Notes under the pieces: generated by a model
What the model was told of the DNA's origin: nothing
The model's database searches: none
The model's input: the letters and a program-made list of their open reading frames with translations, nothing else
Assembly: GCA_016783505.1 (NCBI GenBank)
Contig: JADHWK010000019.1
Coordinates: forward strand, 1-39,478
Origin: Candidatus Zhuqueibacterota bacterium
Lineage (GTDB): Bacteria > BS750m-G25
Length of the DNA: 39,478 nucleotides
Reading direction: 5' to 3'
In this document: positions 8,256 through 18,528 of the stretch, piece by piece
How positions within the stretch are numbered: position 1 is the stretch's first letter
How the letters are laid out: every line of letters begins with the position of its first letter
Position numbers and translations under genes: made by a program

Positions 8256-10655
8256 TTAACCGATCAATTCCTTGACCACCTTAACCGCCTCCATGGCGTC
8301 CTTGGCGTAGCCGTGGGCGCCGATCTGGCGGGCGAACCTTGGGGTCACTACCGCCCCCCCCACCATTACCCTTGCCGGACATTTCTTCTTTTGAACGAGT
8401 TTTACCACGTTTCCCATTTCCATCATGGTGGTGGTCATCAGCGCCGAAAGGCCGATCAGTTGGGCCCTGCGGGCCATGGCCACCTGGACGATCCTTCCGG
8501 TTTCCACATTCTTCCCCAGGTCAATAACAGGATAACCATAGCTTTCCAAAACGGCAATCACGATGTTCTTCCCAATGTCATGGACATCCCCCTTGACGGT
8601 GGCAAAGACGATCCTTCCCTTAGACCGGCTTTCGACAAAGTCCAGATGCTCCTTTATCAGGGAAAAGGCGAGCTGCATGGCTTCGGCGGATAGGATAACC
8701 TGGGGGAGGAAATATTCTTTGGCATCATAGCGGCGGCCCACTTCATTCAAGGCGGGGATCAGGACCTCCTGGTTAAGAGAGATGGGGCTTTTTCCCCCAT
8801 CCAACGCTTCTTTGACCAGGTTCTCAATGCTGTTTTTGTCCCCGTATAAAATTGCGTCAAACAGCCTCTTGTCAACCGGCTTTTCATTCTTTTCAGCGGG
8901 GACAGATTTTTCTTTAAACTCAAGGTTCCCAAAGCGGCTGATAAAATTAGTGGCCCCCAGGTCCCGACCCAACAGCACGTCAGAACCGGTCAATGTCCCT
9001 TGAATGCGCTCATCGTAGGGATTCAGGATGGGAACATCAAGACCGTGCGAGAGGGCCATCCCCAGAAATTGGACGTTGATGAGACTTCGTTGGGGTAGTC
9101 CGAAGGAGATATTACTGACCCCCAGCACCGTCTTCACCCCCAGCTTCCCCTTGACCAACCGCAGGGCTTTCAGGGTCTCCTGGCCCATCGTCGGGTCTGT
9201 ACTTACGGCTAGGGTAAGGGTATCAATAAAAATATCCTCCTTAGCGATACCTTCTCGCAGGGCCCGTTTCAGAATCCTTCTGGCAATCTTCAACCGCTCC
9301 TGGGCTGTGGCCGGAACCCCCCCCTCGTCCAGGGTCAACCCGATGACCGCGGCCCCGTACTTTTTGGCCAGGGGGAGAATACTCCTCAGACTCTTCTCTT
9401 CACCGGTGACCGAATTAATAAGGGCTTTGCCCTCTATTTCCTTTAACCCCGCTTCCAGGACGGATGGGTTAGATGAATCCAGACTCAAGGGGACGCTAAC
9501 CGCCCGCTGGACGAACTCAACCGCTTTCCCCATCATTTCCACTTCGTCAACCCCGGGGGCGCCCACGTTAATGTCCAGGATTTGGGCCCCCGCCTTGACC
9601 TGCCGCACCGCCTCCTGGCGCAAAAGGTCGGTTTGGCCAGCCGCCAATTCCGCCGCCAGCTTTTTCCGGCCAGTAGGGTTAATCCTTTCTCCGATAATGA
9701 TGGTTGGTTTTCCATCTTGAATAGTTACCGTCCGGTCCCGGCTGGCCAATCGGGTCTGCCGGGGTATTGAACGGAAAACAGGCTTTAATGGTTTGATCCG
9801 CCCGGCGATCCTCCGGATATGCCCGGGGGTGGTACCGCAGCACCCCCCGATGATGTTTACCCCCAACCTGGCAAATTTTTCGGCGTAATCGGCCATATAT
9901 TCTGGACTGGCAGGATAGACAGTTTTCCCCCTTTTGAAAAAGGGAATACCGGCGTTGGGTTCTACACATAGGGGTAAATCAGTTTGCTCGGCCATGACGG
10001 TAAGGACGTTGAGGATCTCCTCCGGTCCGGTGCTGCAGTTGGCACCGATGACATCGGCCCCTAAGGCCTGGTAAACGGTCACCGCCGTGGCCGCGTCGGT
10101 GCCGGTGACCGTATTGAACCCATCGGCGAAGGTCATAAGGGCGATGACTGGCCCGGGAAAGACCTCCCGAACGGCGATCAACGCCGCCCTGGCCTCCCGG
10201 ATGTCGGACATGGTCTCCAGGATAATCAAATCGGGGGCTGCTTCGGTCAGGGCCTGTGCCTGTTCGTAAAAATTCTCCAGGGCTTCGTCAAATGTTAGCC
10301 GGCCCAGGGGTTCCAAAAATTTTCCGCTGGGACCCACCGAACAGGCCACCAGGACCCGATCACCGGCGGCAAGCCGGGCGATTTTGACCGCCTGGAAGTT
10401 GATGTCGTGAACCAGATGACCGAGGTGAAACTCATCCAACTTTATGCGGGAGCCCCCTAAGGTATTGGTGATGATAATATCGGCTCCAGCCTCGACGTAG
10501 TTCTCATGAACGGCCTGAACTATTCCCGGCTTCAACAGATTTAATTCCTCAGGGGCTTTTCCCGGGGCCAAATGCCCCTGCAGCATGGAGCCCATCGCCC
10601 CATCCAGAACCAAAATCTCCCGCCCCAACCGATCTTTAAATTCCTGTCTTCTCAT
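8256..10655 (-). CDS. metH: Cobalamin-dependent methionine synthase lacking the C-terminal activation domain
   Basis: Hcy-binding domain (LDGAMG, GANCS, GGCCGTTP), pterin-binding domain (IGERINPTG) and B12-binding domain (GDVHDIGKN, SALMTTT). The protein ends after the B12 domain. Confidence 0.92.
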   Translation of the reverse strand: MRRQEFKDRLGREILVLDGAMGSMLQGHLAPGKAPEELNLLKPGIVQAVHENYVEAGADIIITNTLGGSRIKLDEFHLGHLVHDINFQAVKIARLAAGDRVLVACSVGPSGKFLEPLGRLTFDEALENFYEQAQALTEAAPDLIILETMSDIREARAALIAVREVFPGPVIALMTFADGFNTVTGTDAATAVTVYQALGADVIGANCSTGPEEILNVLTVMAEQTDLPLCVEPNAGIPFFKRGKTVYPASPEYMADYAEKFARLGVNIIGGCCGTTPGHIRRIAGRIKPLKPVFRSIPRQTRLASRDRTVTIQDGKPTIIIGERINPTGRKKLAAELAAGQTDLLRQEAVRQVKAGAQILDINVGAPGVDEVEMMGKAVEFVQRAVSVPLSLDSSNPSVLEAGLKEIEGKALINSVTGEEKSLRSILPLAKKYGAAVIGLTLDEGGVPATAQERLKIARRILKRALREGIAKEDIFIDTLTLAVSTDPTMGQETLKALRLVKGKLGVKTVLGVSNISFGLPQRSLINVQFLGMALSHGLDVPILNPYDERIQGTLTGSDVLLGRDLGATNFISRFGNLEFKEKSVPAEKNEKPVDKRLFDAILYGDKNSIENLVKEALDGGKSPISLNQEVLIPALNEVGRRYDAKEYFLPQVILSAEAMQLAFSLIKEHLDFVESRSKGRIVFATVKGDVHDIGKNIVIAVLESYGYPVIDLGKNVETGRIVQVAMARRAQLIGLSALMTTTMMEMGNVVKLVQKKKCPARVMVGGAVVTPRFARQIGAHGYAKDAMEAVKVVKELIG

Positions 10656-10803
10656 CCTATCATTTAAAAAAAATCCGCACCCAAAAAGCACGGACATCAA
10701 CCCCAATCATTCATCCCATTATCTGCTTTTAAGCTATAAATAAAGGGAGGCTACACTCCCAGGGAATTATTGAGATCAAAAAGCATTTCGTGGCTTTATT
10801 TTC

Positions 10804-11325
10804 TTATGACTGTTCTGGCTTAATTTTATCCTGGATGGGGACACCCTCTTCCATATCCACCGTGCCCTTGAAGTAGCAGTTTTCTGAAATCTTCAGGGAT
10901 GGGCTGGTAATATGGCCCGTATATTTGGCCGTATTCTTAAGCTCCACCCGTTCGTCAGCCCGGATGTTGCCGTCCATCTCCCCCTCAACGACGATGTTCT
11001 TGGCGTGCACCTCTCCCCCCACCTTACCCGTCTCTCCGATAACCAACAGGGCATCCAGGTTGATGTTGCCCTTTATCTCTCCCAGCACCATCAGGTTGTG
11101 TTGACCGACCACATCGCCGTCAACCCTGATCCCCGGCTGCATGACGGTAATACCTTGATTGCCCCCCTTTGTCCCATAAAATCGGTCGAGGGAGGCCCTT
11201 CGGGAACGGGAACTTAACATGGCAATAATTAGCACAACCATGATGCCAATAAGGATCAAAAAAGGGATTGGCTGCCCGAAGATCCCGGATATATCCCTAA
11301 CCAACTGCCCCAAAGTATTCATCAT
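10804..11325 (-). CDS. Bactofilin (polymer-forming cytoskeletal protein) with an N-terminal TM helix
   Basis: Beta-helix repeats such as GEIKGNI and GEVHAKNIVVEGEMDGNI; AGGAGG RBS. Confidence 0.85.
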   Translation of the reverse strand: MMNTLGQLVRDISGIFGQPIPFLILIGIMVVLIIAMLSSRSRRASLDRFYGTKGGNQGITVMQPGIRVDGDVVGQHNLMVLGEIKGNINLDALLVIGETGKVGGEVHAKNIVVEGEMDGNIRADERVELKNTAKYTGHITSPSLKISENCYFKGTVDMEEGVPIQDKIKPEQS

Positions 11326-11366
11326 TCCTCCTATCACACAATCGTTAGCTTTTTAAAAAACGTTAA

Positions 11367-11395
11367 AATATAAGACTTTAAAATTAAATAGTCAA
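11367..11395 (-). promoter_or_regulatory. sigma70-type promoter
   Basis: TTGACT-N17-TATATT. Confidence 0.55.
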
Positions 11396-11507
11396 GTTTT
11401 TTGTTTTTTTATACGAATAATTGATGAGCATTAAAGATCAGGCAAAAAATCTAAGAAACGGTCAGACAACCTAAATTCTCAGAGCCTTCCAAACTTCCAT
11501 TAACCAT

Positions 11508-12131
11508 TTATGAATGATTTTTCTCCTCCTGCTTCCTTTTCCAGGCAACACCCAATAATTTATCAGTTCTTCTTGCCGCAGTAGCCCCCAGAACCCCCAA
11601 TCCCACGCCCACCAGGGCACCGATCAGGACGTCAGATGGATAATGCACCCCCAGATAGACCCTGGAATAGGCCACCAGGACAGCAACCGTCAGCAAAGCC
11701 GGCATCCATTTTCGATAATACAGGGAAAACAGAGAAGCCCCGGCAAAGATGTTGACGGCATGGGAAGAAGGGAAAGAAAAGGAGGCTTTATACACCTTGG
11801 GGACGATCTCCGGGGTCAAGATCCAGTGATTTGAGAGGAAAAGGTGCACCCCCCCTAAGACGTTGCAGGGTCTGACCCGTCCGATCAGAGGTTTCAGCAC
11901 GCTGCTGGAAACGAGATCACAGAATCCCACGATCAGGATGGCGGAGATAGCCGCTAACTTCCCCTTTCTTCCTCCAAAGAAGAACAAAGCCAAAAGGAGC
12001 AAAAGGATGGGAATTTTAAAATAATCGAAATTGGAAAGCACCGGCATTATGCGATCAAAGAGAAAATTCTCCCCCCCCCGATTGACCGCATAAAAAAGCC
12101 AGCTATCTACGCTGTAAAGAAAATCCCACAT
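11508..12131 (-). CDS. PAP2-family phosphatase (undecaprenyl-PP phosphatase-like)
   Basis: Motifs KPLIGRVRP, SFPSSH and SRVYLGVHYPSD. Confidence 0.92.
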   Translation of the reverse strand: MWDFLYSVDSWLFYAVNRGGENFLFDRIMPVLSNFDYFKIPILLLLLALFFFGGRKGKLAAISAILIVGFCDLVSSSVLKPLIGRVRPCNVLGGVHLFLSNHWILTPEIVPKVYKASFSFPSSHAVNIFAGASLFSLYYRKWMPALLTVAVLVAYSRVYLGVHYPSDVLIGALVGVGLGVLGATAARRTDKLLGVAWKRKQEEKNHS

Positions 12132-12278
12132 ATCGAATTGCCTAAATTTCAAAAATTTAAAAAAATGTCCAAACCTAGATAATTTTGGTAATTTTTGAAC
12201 TTATGGCAATTTTGGCAATTTTTGAAATCATGGCAACCCATCCCCTTCTAAGTATCGCCGTGATCTATTGATTATCAA

Positions 12279-14819
12279 TCATAACCGCCGTGCTAAAACG
12301 ACGGGTTTCTTAACCGATTTCACCACCCCCTTTTGAGCGTTTAGAGCCTCCAGAAAGATGATGTAGATTCCCATCCGCAGTTCCCCCCCATTATCGTCCT
12401 GGCCGTCCCAGATAACCCGCCCTTCACTCCCGCTGGGCTGGTTATTCTGAAGGGTTCGCACCAGGCGGCCCCGGACGTCATAGATTTCAATGCTGACACC
12501 GGCGGTAGCAACGGGTAGATGATAACTTAAAATGGTAACATCTTCATAGCCATCACCGTCCGGGGAAAAGGGATTTGGTGAGACCCCGAGGCTGACCCCG
12601 CTGGGAAGAATTTCCACAAAGATAGAGTTTTTCCGACCCGGGGTTCCACCTGACGTGTAGACAGAGGAAGCCCAATTATCAGGATCGTTAGAGCCCAGAT
12701 GAGGGTTGATCCGCTCCAGGGAAATACCGTAATCTCCCCCCCACCCCGAGAGATAGGGGACCGAATCAATCACCCGATCACTGCCATCAAACAGATAAAC
12801 GCAGTCGGCATCGTTGTTCAGGCCGGGAAAGTTCTGAAGGACAAACAGGGGACAATTCAGCAACCCAAAAAAGTCCCGTATGGAAGAATCTCTGGCGATC
12901 ACAAAATAGGCCCCTGGATCCAGATAAAAAGGCATTTGGGTAATTGGTATTCGATCTGAGGAGTCATCATCCGAAACCTGCCAGTCTTGAATGGAAATTT
13001 CCCCTTCATCTCGGACATAACATTCTATCCACTCCGTTTGACCCGACAAGGGCTGGTACATGATTTCATTGATGACTACGGTTCGCTCTTCAAATTGGAC
13101 ATTCAAAACAGCGCTCAAAAGATTGTTAGTGGTATCTTCGTCGGTAAAAGAGATCCTAACCCAGAATTCGTGTCGGCCAGACGTTATCTCATTTAACGAT
13201 TCAAAAACCGCTATCGAATCACCATTAGCTAAAAATTGAATGAGGTGGGTAGACAACTTCTCACCAGGAACTAATGCCGAATCGTAGTTAACATCCTCGT
13301 AAAAGTCAACATCGAAGTTGGCGATCCCTTGAGTGCCAACATTCTTTACGATCACCCCAATTTCAACACCTTGACCGGGGCTGGGATGGGCGGGGGTGAA
13401 CCAAATATTAGCCACCGCTATATCAAAGTCCTTGGGGGAAACGGTATTTTTCCGACCAGGGGTTCCACCTGAACTGTCTACCGAGGAAGACCAATTTAAG
13501 GAATCATTAGAATCGGACCCTGAGTTGATTCTTTCCAAAGAGACGCCGGTGCCACCACCCCAGTTTCGTTGATAAGATACAACATCAATCATATTGCCTA
13601 TTTCATCAAAAAGATATATTTGATCGTCGGTATTGTTCAAAATGGGAAAATTGTGGGGGATGAACAGGGGGCAGCTCAGTTCCCCAAAACGGTCAAGGAT
13701 GGTAGAATCTGCCGCAACCACAAAGTATTGCTGGTATTCAAATGGATATGATGAATCAGAAAGAACCACTCTTCTGCTGGTATCAGCATCAGAAAACCCC
13801 CATGCCTGAATATCAATCCCATCTTCGGCTAATACAAAAAATTCCACCCATTCGGCTCCGTCAGGAAGTGGGCTATACATGATTTCATTAATGATCACTG
13901 CTTTCTCAGGATAGCCCACTATTAGAGCGGTTCCCAAAAGGTTATTGGTGGTGTCATCATCTACTAAATTGACCCGGGCCCAAAATTCGTGTCGTCCCGG
14001 GGTTATTCCTTCCACCACGGCAGAAACTGTGGTAGAATCCCCACTTGTCAACAAAGAGATCGTCTCTGTGGACAGCCTTTCCGAGAATTCCAAAACCGAA
14101 TCCCTGTCCAGGTCTTCAAATAATTCTACTCCAAATTCTGTCGCATCCCTCATCCCGCAATTTTTGATTATGGCGATGAACTCGACATTTTCGCCGGGGC
14201 CGGGTTCGGTTGGCAAGAAAAAAATTCGGTTCACTTCAAGGTCAAATTCCTTGGGGCTGACGCTGTTCTTGAACCCCGGCGTTCCGTTCAGAACCAGGCT
14301 ATTGGCCCAATTTTCCTGGGAATTTTCAGCTTCCAAAATTATTTTTTCGTCGGAATGGCCGGGGGTATTGTCAAGGGAATATGTATAGATGGAAATGGTA
14401 TCGCCAGTCTCGTTCATAAGATAAATCGTCTCAGCAGTAGAATTGCTGAGTCCACCACTGCCGAGAGAATTATTATCAATCTGAAGCTTCAGCGCCCCAT
14501 CAGGAATCAGCGAGTCATAATAGGTGGAATTATCCGAATAACTTCCATCCAGAATAATTCCAAACTGTCTCGGGGCCAGGATTAACCCCTCCCCAAATTC
14601 GATAAGCGTATCCAGTCCCAAACCGTCGCTAACCTGCCAACCGGCCAGGTCCACGGAATCACTGTCACTGGTATTATAAATTTCGATGAACTCATCGTGA
14701 TATTCACTGCCAATCGGGTCAAACATAATTTCGCTGAGTGTGATTGAATTAGCGTCAGCTTTAACCGGACAAAAAAATAAGAAGGGGGCGAAAAATCCCA
14801 TGACTTTATATAATTTCAT
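12279..14819 (-). CDS. Secreted lamin-tail-domain protein (3 LTD, 2 CARDB-like Ig, C-terminal FlgD-Ig/T9SS-like domain)
   Basis: Three (I)NEIMY/SEIMF...E(W/F)IE modules ending in GTPG.KN, and a C-terminal SPNPFSPDGDG...WDG...GIY. Confidence 0.85.
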   Translation of the reverse strand: MKLYKVMGFFAPFLFFCPVKADANSITLSEIMFDPIGSEYHDEFIEIYNTSDSDSVDLAGWQVSDGLGLDTLIEFGEGLILAPRQFGIILDGSYSDNSTYYDSLIPDGALKLQIDNNSLGSGGLSNSTAETIYLMNETGDTISIYTYSLDNTPGHSDEKIILEAENSQENWANSLVLNGTPGFKNSVSPKEFDLEVNRIFFLPTEPGPGENVEFIAIIKNCGMRDATEFGVELFEDLDRDSVLEFSERLSTETISLLTSGDSTTVSAVVEGITPGRHEFWARVNLVDDDTTNNLLGTALIVGYPEKAVIINEIMYSPLPDGAEWVEFFVLAEDGIDIQAWGFSDADTSRRVVLSDSSYPFEYQQYFVVAADSTILDRFGELSCPLFIPHNFPILNNTDDQIYLFDEIGNMIDVVSYQRNWGGGTGVSLERINSGSDSNDSLNWSSSVDSSGGTPGRKNTVSPKDFDIAVANIWFTPAHPSPGQGVEIGVIVKNVGTQGIANFDVDFYEDVNYDSALVPGEKLSTHLIQFLANGDSIAVFESLNEITSGRHEFWVRISFTDEDTTNNLLSAVLNVQFEERTVVINEIMYQPLSGQTEWIECYVRDEGEISIQDWQVSDDDSSDRIPITQMPFYLDPGAYFVIARDSSIRDFFGLLNCPLFVLQNFPGLNNDADCVYLFDGSDRVIDSVPYLSGWGGDYGISLERINPHLGSNDPDNWASSVYTSGGTPGRKNSIFVEILPSGVSLGVSPNPFSPDGDGYEDVTILSYHLPVATAGVSIEIYDVRGRLVRTLQNNQPSGSEGRVIWDGQDDNGGELRMGIYIIFLEALNAQKGVVKSVKKPVVLARRL

Positions 14820-14961
14820 TCTTGTGTTAATTTTTATACAAGAGGACTCGGATGCTGACAATTTACCACCAAAACAAGATCTAACAATATATTATTATTC
14901 CTTTTAAAGATAATTTAAACCATAATCCAATTTGGGCTCATTAATATTCAAATTTTTGTTT

Positions 14962-15050
14962 AATATAATGTTTCTTACTCAATTTGTCAATAATAAAAAA
15001 ACCAATCGGTAAGGATTGGCTTTTTTTGAATCTTATTCTTGTATTTGCTA
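14962..15050 (-). repeat. Junction module type 2, copy 1 (terminator hairpin plus TTGACA-N17-TATATT promoter)
   Basis: ACCAATCGGTAAGGATTGGC hairpin with a T tract on the minus strand, then the promoter at 14962-14990. Homologous to 20145-20233. Confidence 0.8.
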
Positions 15051-18000
15051 TTTCAACAAAATCAACTTTCGTGTCTGCGAAAATTCACCGGCTTGAAGGC
15101 GGTAAAAATAAATACCGCTGGCTATACTTGTTGCATCCCATTGAACTTGATGGTATCCAGCTTCTTGAGTTTGGTCAACAAGGGTTGCTACTTCTTGACC
15201 CAAAAGATTATGAATCCTTAAGGTTACTTCTGAAGATTTTGGAAGGGCATATTTAAAAGTTGTTATTGGATTAAATGGATTGGGATAATTTTGACTCAAC
15301 GAATATTCGCTTGGAATATTTGAAAAATTGTCACTAATTCCTAAAAGCCCTAACGTTGCCGTGGCAACATCTTCGATCACGGACTCTTCATTCCAGCGAA
15401 GCCTCTGAAGGGTTACAGTTGTCTCATTCTCGTTGAAGTTCTCATTCACTGTAAAATGTAATGTGGTAAAAATCCCTTCCTGACCATCGGGAAGCGATCC
15501 AGCTCCGGCAACTTTTATTTCCCCTGAATCTACATCTGTCTCAATGGTAAAACCATCAACTAATTCTGACCAGACCAAACTATCAAAAGTCAAATGCTCT
15601 GGATTGAAGGTTATCAAACCTTCAAAGGCAAGGATATTGTCTCCATTGCTCAAATATAGTGGCACTTGAACAAGTTGCCCGGGTTGAATTTCGCCATCCT
15701 CCATGCTAATATCACCGGAAGCATGCAACAATCCGAGGGTGGTATCGTAAGGAAGGATATCAATAAGCCCAACGAAATATTGAAGAATCAATGAAGCATC
15801 TAAGGCAGAAACGGTAGTGTCCAAACTGACATTGGCATTTAGTAATTGTTGATTATTGAGGTCTATGTAATCCACAAGATATTTTAAAATAAGCGATGCA
15901 TCATAAGGGGTCACCTCACCATTCAAGCTAACATCACCATAATTTGGGATAAATTGAACATTGACGCCACCAGACGTAATATCTATTGGCAAATCACTTT
16001 CATCAAACAATGCTGAAATAAGTGTAATGGGAATAAAGCCAGAAGCTGTATCCGGAACTGCGAATTTCAATCGGAAGAGAACACCTTCACCGCTTATGTC
16101 CTCAGCTCCTGCAGAGGCTGTTATGAGCAAACTATCTGTTTCATTAACTTGGTAGGCCCATCCTGCAGCTCCAATTAAACTACCGGTTGTATCCACTTCT
16201 ATGAAATCCAATAGACCCAAATAATCTCCAAAAATGATTCCAGCGGAACTAAAGGAAGAGTCAATAGGAAACTGGACATTGACAGGTACAAGCACAGAAT
16301 CACTTGGCATAGCATTAATTATTGGAATAGTAAGGTAGATCTCACTAATTAGTAGATCATTCTGTATAATATACATACCATCCTCCCCATCGGCCACATA
16401 GGCGTAACTGCCGCTGACGGCAACGCCAAAAGCTTCGCCACCCGTATCAAAGAAGCCCACTTCCTGCGGGGAGGAAGGGGTGGAGACGTCAATGATGCGT
16501 AAACCATCCAAATAATCGGCCACATAGGCGTAACTGCCGCTGACGGCAACGCCATAAGCTAAGCTGCCCGTATCAAAGAAGCCCACTTCCTGCGGAGAGG
16601 AAGGGGTGGAAACGTCAATGATGCGTAAACCATCCCAGTAATCGGCCACATAAGCGTAACTGCCGCTGACGGCAACGCCACGAGCATAGCTGCCCGTATC
16701 AAAGAAGCCCACTTCTTGCGGGGAGGAAGGGGTGGAGACGTCAATGATGCGTAAACCAGCATCCCAATCGGCCACATAGGCGTAACTGCCGCTGACGGCA
16801 ACGCCCAAAGCACTGCCACCCGTATCAAAGAAGCCCACTTCCTGCGGAGAGGAAGGGGTGGAGACGTCAATGATGCGTAAACCATCCTCCTCATCGGCCA
16901 CATAGGCGTAACTGCCGCTGACGGCAACGCCTACAGCATCGCCACCCGTATCAAAGAAGCCCACTTCTTGCGGGGAGGAAAGGGTGGAGACGTCAATGAT
17001 GCGTAAACCATCCGAATGATCGGCCACATAGGCGTAACTGCCGCTGACGGCAACGCCACGAGCAAAGCTGCCCGTATCAAAGAAGCCCACTTCCTGCGGG
17101 GAGGAAGGGGTGGAGACGTCAATGATGCGTAAACCATCCCGGTGATCGGCCACATAGGCGTAACTGCCGCTGACGGCAACGCCTAAAGCATAGACACCCG
17201 TATCAAAGAAGCCCACTTCCTGCGGGGAGGAGGGGGTGGAGACGTCAATGATGCGTAAACCATCCAAATGATCGGCCACATAGGCGTAACTGCCGCTGAC
17301 GGCAACGCCACGAGCACTGCTGCCCGTATCAAAGAAGCCCACTTCCTGCGGGGAGGAGGGGGTGGAGACGTCAATGATGCGTAAACCATCACTCCTATCG
17401 GCCACATAGGCGTAACTGCCGCTGACGGCAACGCCACAAGCCTGGCCAGCCGTATCAAAGAAGCCCACTTCCTGCGGGGAGGAAGGGGTGGAGACGTCAA
17501 TGATGCGTAAACCATCCAAATAATCGGCCACATAGGCGTAACTGCCGCTGACGGCAACGCCATAAGCCTGGCCACCCGTATCAAAGAAGCCCACTTCCTG
17601 CGGGGAGGAGGGGGTGGAAACGTCAATGATGCGTAAACCATCCCAGTCATCGGCCACATAGGCGTAACTGCCGCTGACGGCAACGCCATAAGCCATGCTG
17701 CCCGTATCAAAGAAGCCCACTTCCTGCGGGGAGGAAGGGGTGGAGACGTCAATGATGCGTAAACCATCCCAGTAATCGGCCACATAGGCGTAACTGCCGC
17801 TGACGGCAACGCCATAAGCTTCGCCACCCGTATCAAAGAAGCCCACTTCTTGCGGAGAGGAAGGGGTGGAGACGTCAATGATGCGTAAACCATCCCAGTA
17901 ATCGGCCACATAGGCGTAACTGCCGCTGACGGCAACGCCATAAACTATTGACGGCGTTACTATCTTTCCTAATTCAACGGGATTTGCCGGATCTGATATA

Positions 18001-18284
18001 TCTACAACTTCAAGATAGCCCCCATTACCAAAATAGGCAATGTTACCCGATACATCCACGGCATAACAGGGACCATTTGCCCACCTTCCTATTAGTGTAG
18101 TATTACTATCGTCTAAGGCTTGAAAAGTCTCCTGCGGTGTGAAGGTTATATGGTGGCGAATATCCCTTGATGGGAGCTGTTCCGGGGGCACATTTGCTGG
18201 TCTGTTATTCTGACCAAAAGCAAGACTGCAAAATAAGATTGCAATCATTACTGTCTCTAAAATTTTACCATATTTCAATGACAT
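15048..18284 (-). CDS. LVIVD-repeat beta-propeller protein with cohesin-dockerin-cohesin-like region and T9SS CTD
   Basis: About 14 repeats of 42 aa (VAVSGSYAYVAD...GLRIIDVSTPSSP), a dockerin-like GDVSLNGEVTPYDASLIL duplication, and CTD QNYPNPFNP...KLILLK. Confidence 0.9.
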   Translation of the reverse strand: MSLKYGKILETVMIAILFCSLAFGQNNRPANVPPEQLPSRDIRHHITFTPQETFQALDDSNTTLIGRWANGPCYAVDVSGNIAYFGNGGYLEVVDISDPANPVELGKIVTPSIVYGVAVSGSYAYVADYWDGLRIIDVSTPSSPQEVGFFDTGGEAYGVAVSGSYAYVADYWDGLRIIDVSTPSSPQEVGFFDTGSMAYGVAVSGSYAYVADDWDGLRIIDVSTPSSPQEVGFFDTGGQAYGVAVSGSYAYVADYLDGLRIIDVSTPSSPQEVGFFDTAGQACGVAVSGSYAYVADRSDGLRIIDVSTPSSPQEVGFFDTGSSARGVAVSGSYAYVADHLDGLRIIDVSTPSSPQEVGFFDTGVYALGVAVSGSYAYVADHRDGLRIIDVSTPSSPQEVGFFDTGSFARGVAVSGSYAYVADHSDGLRIIDVSTLSSPQEVGFFDTGGDAVGVAVSGSYAYVADEEDGLRIIDVSTPSSPQEVGFFDTGGSALGVAVSGSYAYVADWDAGLRIIDVSTPSSPQEVGFFDTGSYARGVAVSGSYAYVADYWDGLRIIDVSTPSSPQEVGFFDTGSLAYGVAVSGSYAYVADYLDGLRIIDVSTPSSPQEVGFFDTGGEAFGVAVSGSYAYVADGEDGMYIIQNDLLISEIYLTIPIINAMPSDSVLVPVNVQFPIDSSFSSAGIIFGDYLGLLDFIEVDTTGSLIGAAGWAYQVNETDSLLITASAGAEDISGEGVLFRLKFAVPDTASGFIPITLISALFDESDLPIDITSGGVNVQFIPNYGDVSLNGEVTPYDASLILKYLVDYIDLNNQQLLNANVSLDTTVSALDASLILQYFVGLIDILPYDTTLGLLHASGDISMEDGEIQPGQLVQVPLYLSNGDNILAFEGLITFNPEHLTFDSLVWSELVDGFTIETDVDSGEIKVAGAGSLPDGQEGIFTTLHFTVNENFNENETTVTLQRLRWNEESVIEDVATATLGLLGISDNFSNIPSEYSLSQNYPNPFNPITTFKYALPKSSEVTLRIHNLLGQEVATLVDQTQEAGYHQVQWDATSIASGIYFYRLQAGEFSQTRKLILLK
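16388..17943 (-). repeat. Intragenic 126-bp tandem repeat, about 12.5 near-identical units
   Basis: CCACATAGGCGTAACTGCCGCTGACGGCAACGCC recurs every 126 bp. Confidence 0.95.
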
Positions 18285-18470
18285 TATGACCTCCTCATTT
18301 GTTAGTTTAATTTTGTATGGCGGGTCTAACCATATATAGTCCTACCAAGATCAGTAGCTCAACAGTGGTAATCTTTGAGAGGCTAACAGTTCAGAATCAG
18401 GTTCCGAATGGAAAGGCCTGCATAGAAAATATAGTGAATTAAAGAGAAAGAATCAAGAGGAAAATTAGAA

Positions 18471-18506
18471 AAAAAAGCCTACTCAAGATGAATGAATAGG
18501 CCTTTT
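18471..18506 (-). terminator. Junction hairpin type 1, copy 1
   Basis: GCCTACTCAAGATGAATGAATAGGC. On the minus strand this is a 9-bp stem with one G-U pair followed by a U tract. Confidence 0.8.
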
Positions 18507-18528
18507 GACAATAATAGGAATTGAGGTC

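Noticed and set aside
8256-10655. metH lacking the activation domain read as a pseudogene
   Set aside because: Split methionine synthases are established (e.g. Thermotoga), and the ORF is intact.
16349-17941. Alternate-frame repeat ORFs (MALPSAAVTPMWP...), and a CRISPR interpretation of the 126-bp repeats
   Set aside because: They are shadows of the LVIVD coding repeat. There are no unique spacers and no cas genes.
16388-17943. Diversity-generating retroelement target
   Set aside because: No reverse transcriptase or template repeat in the window. Variation hits all three codon positions while most adenines are invariant.
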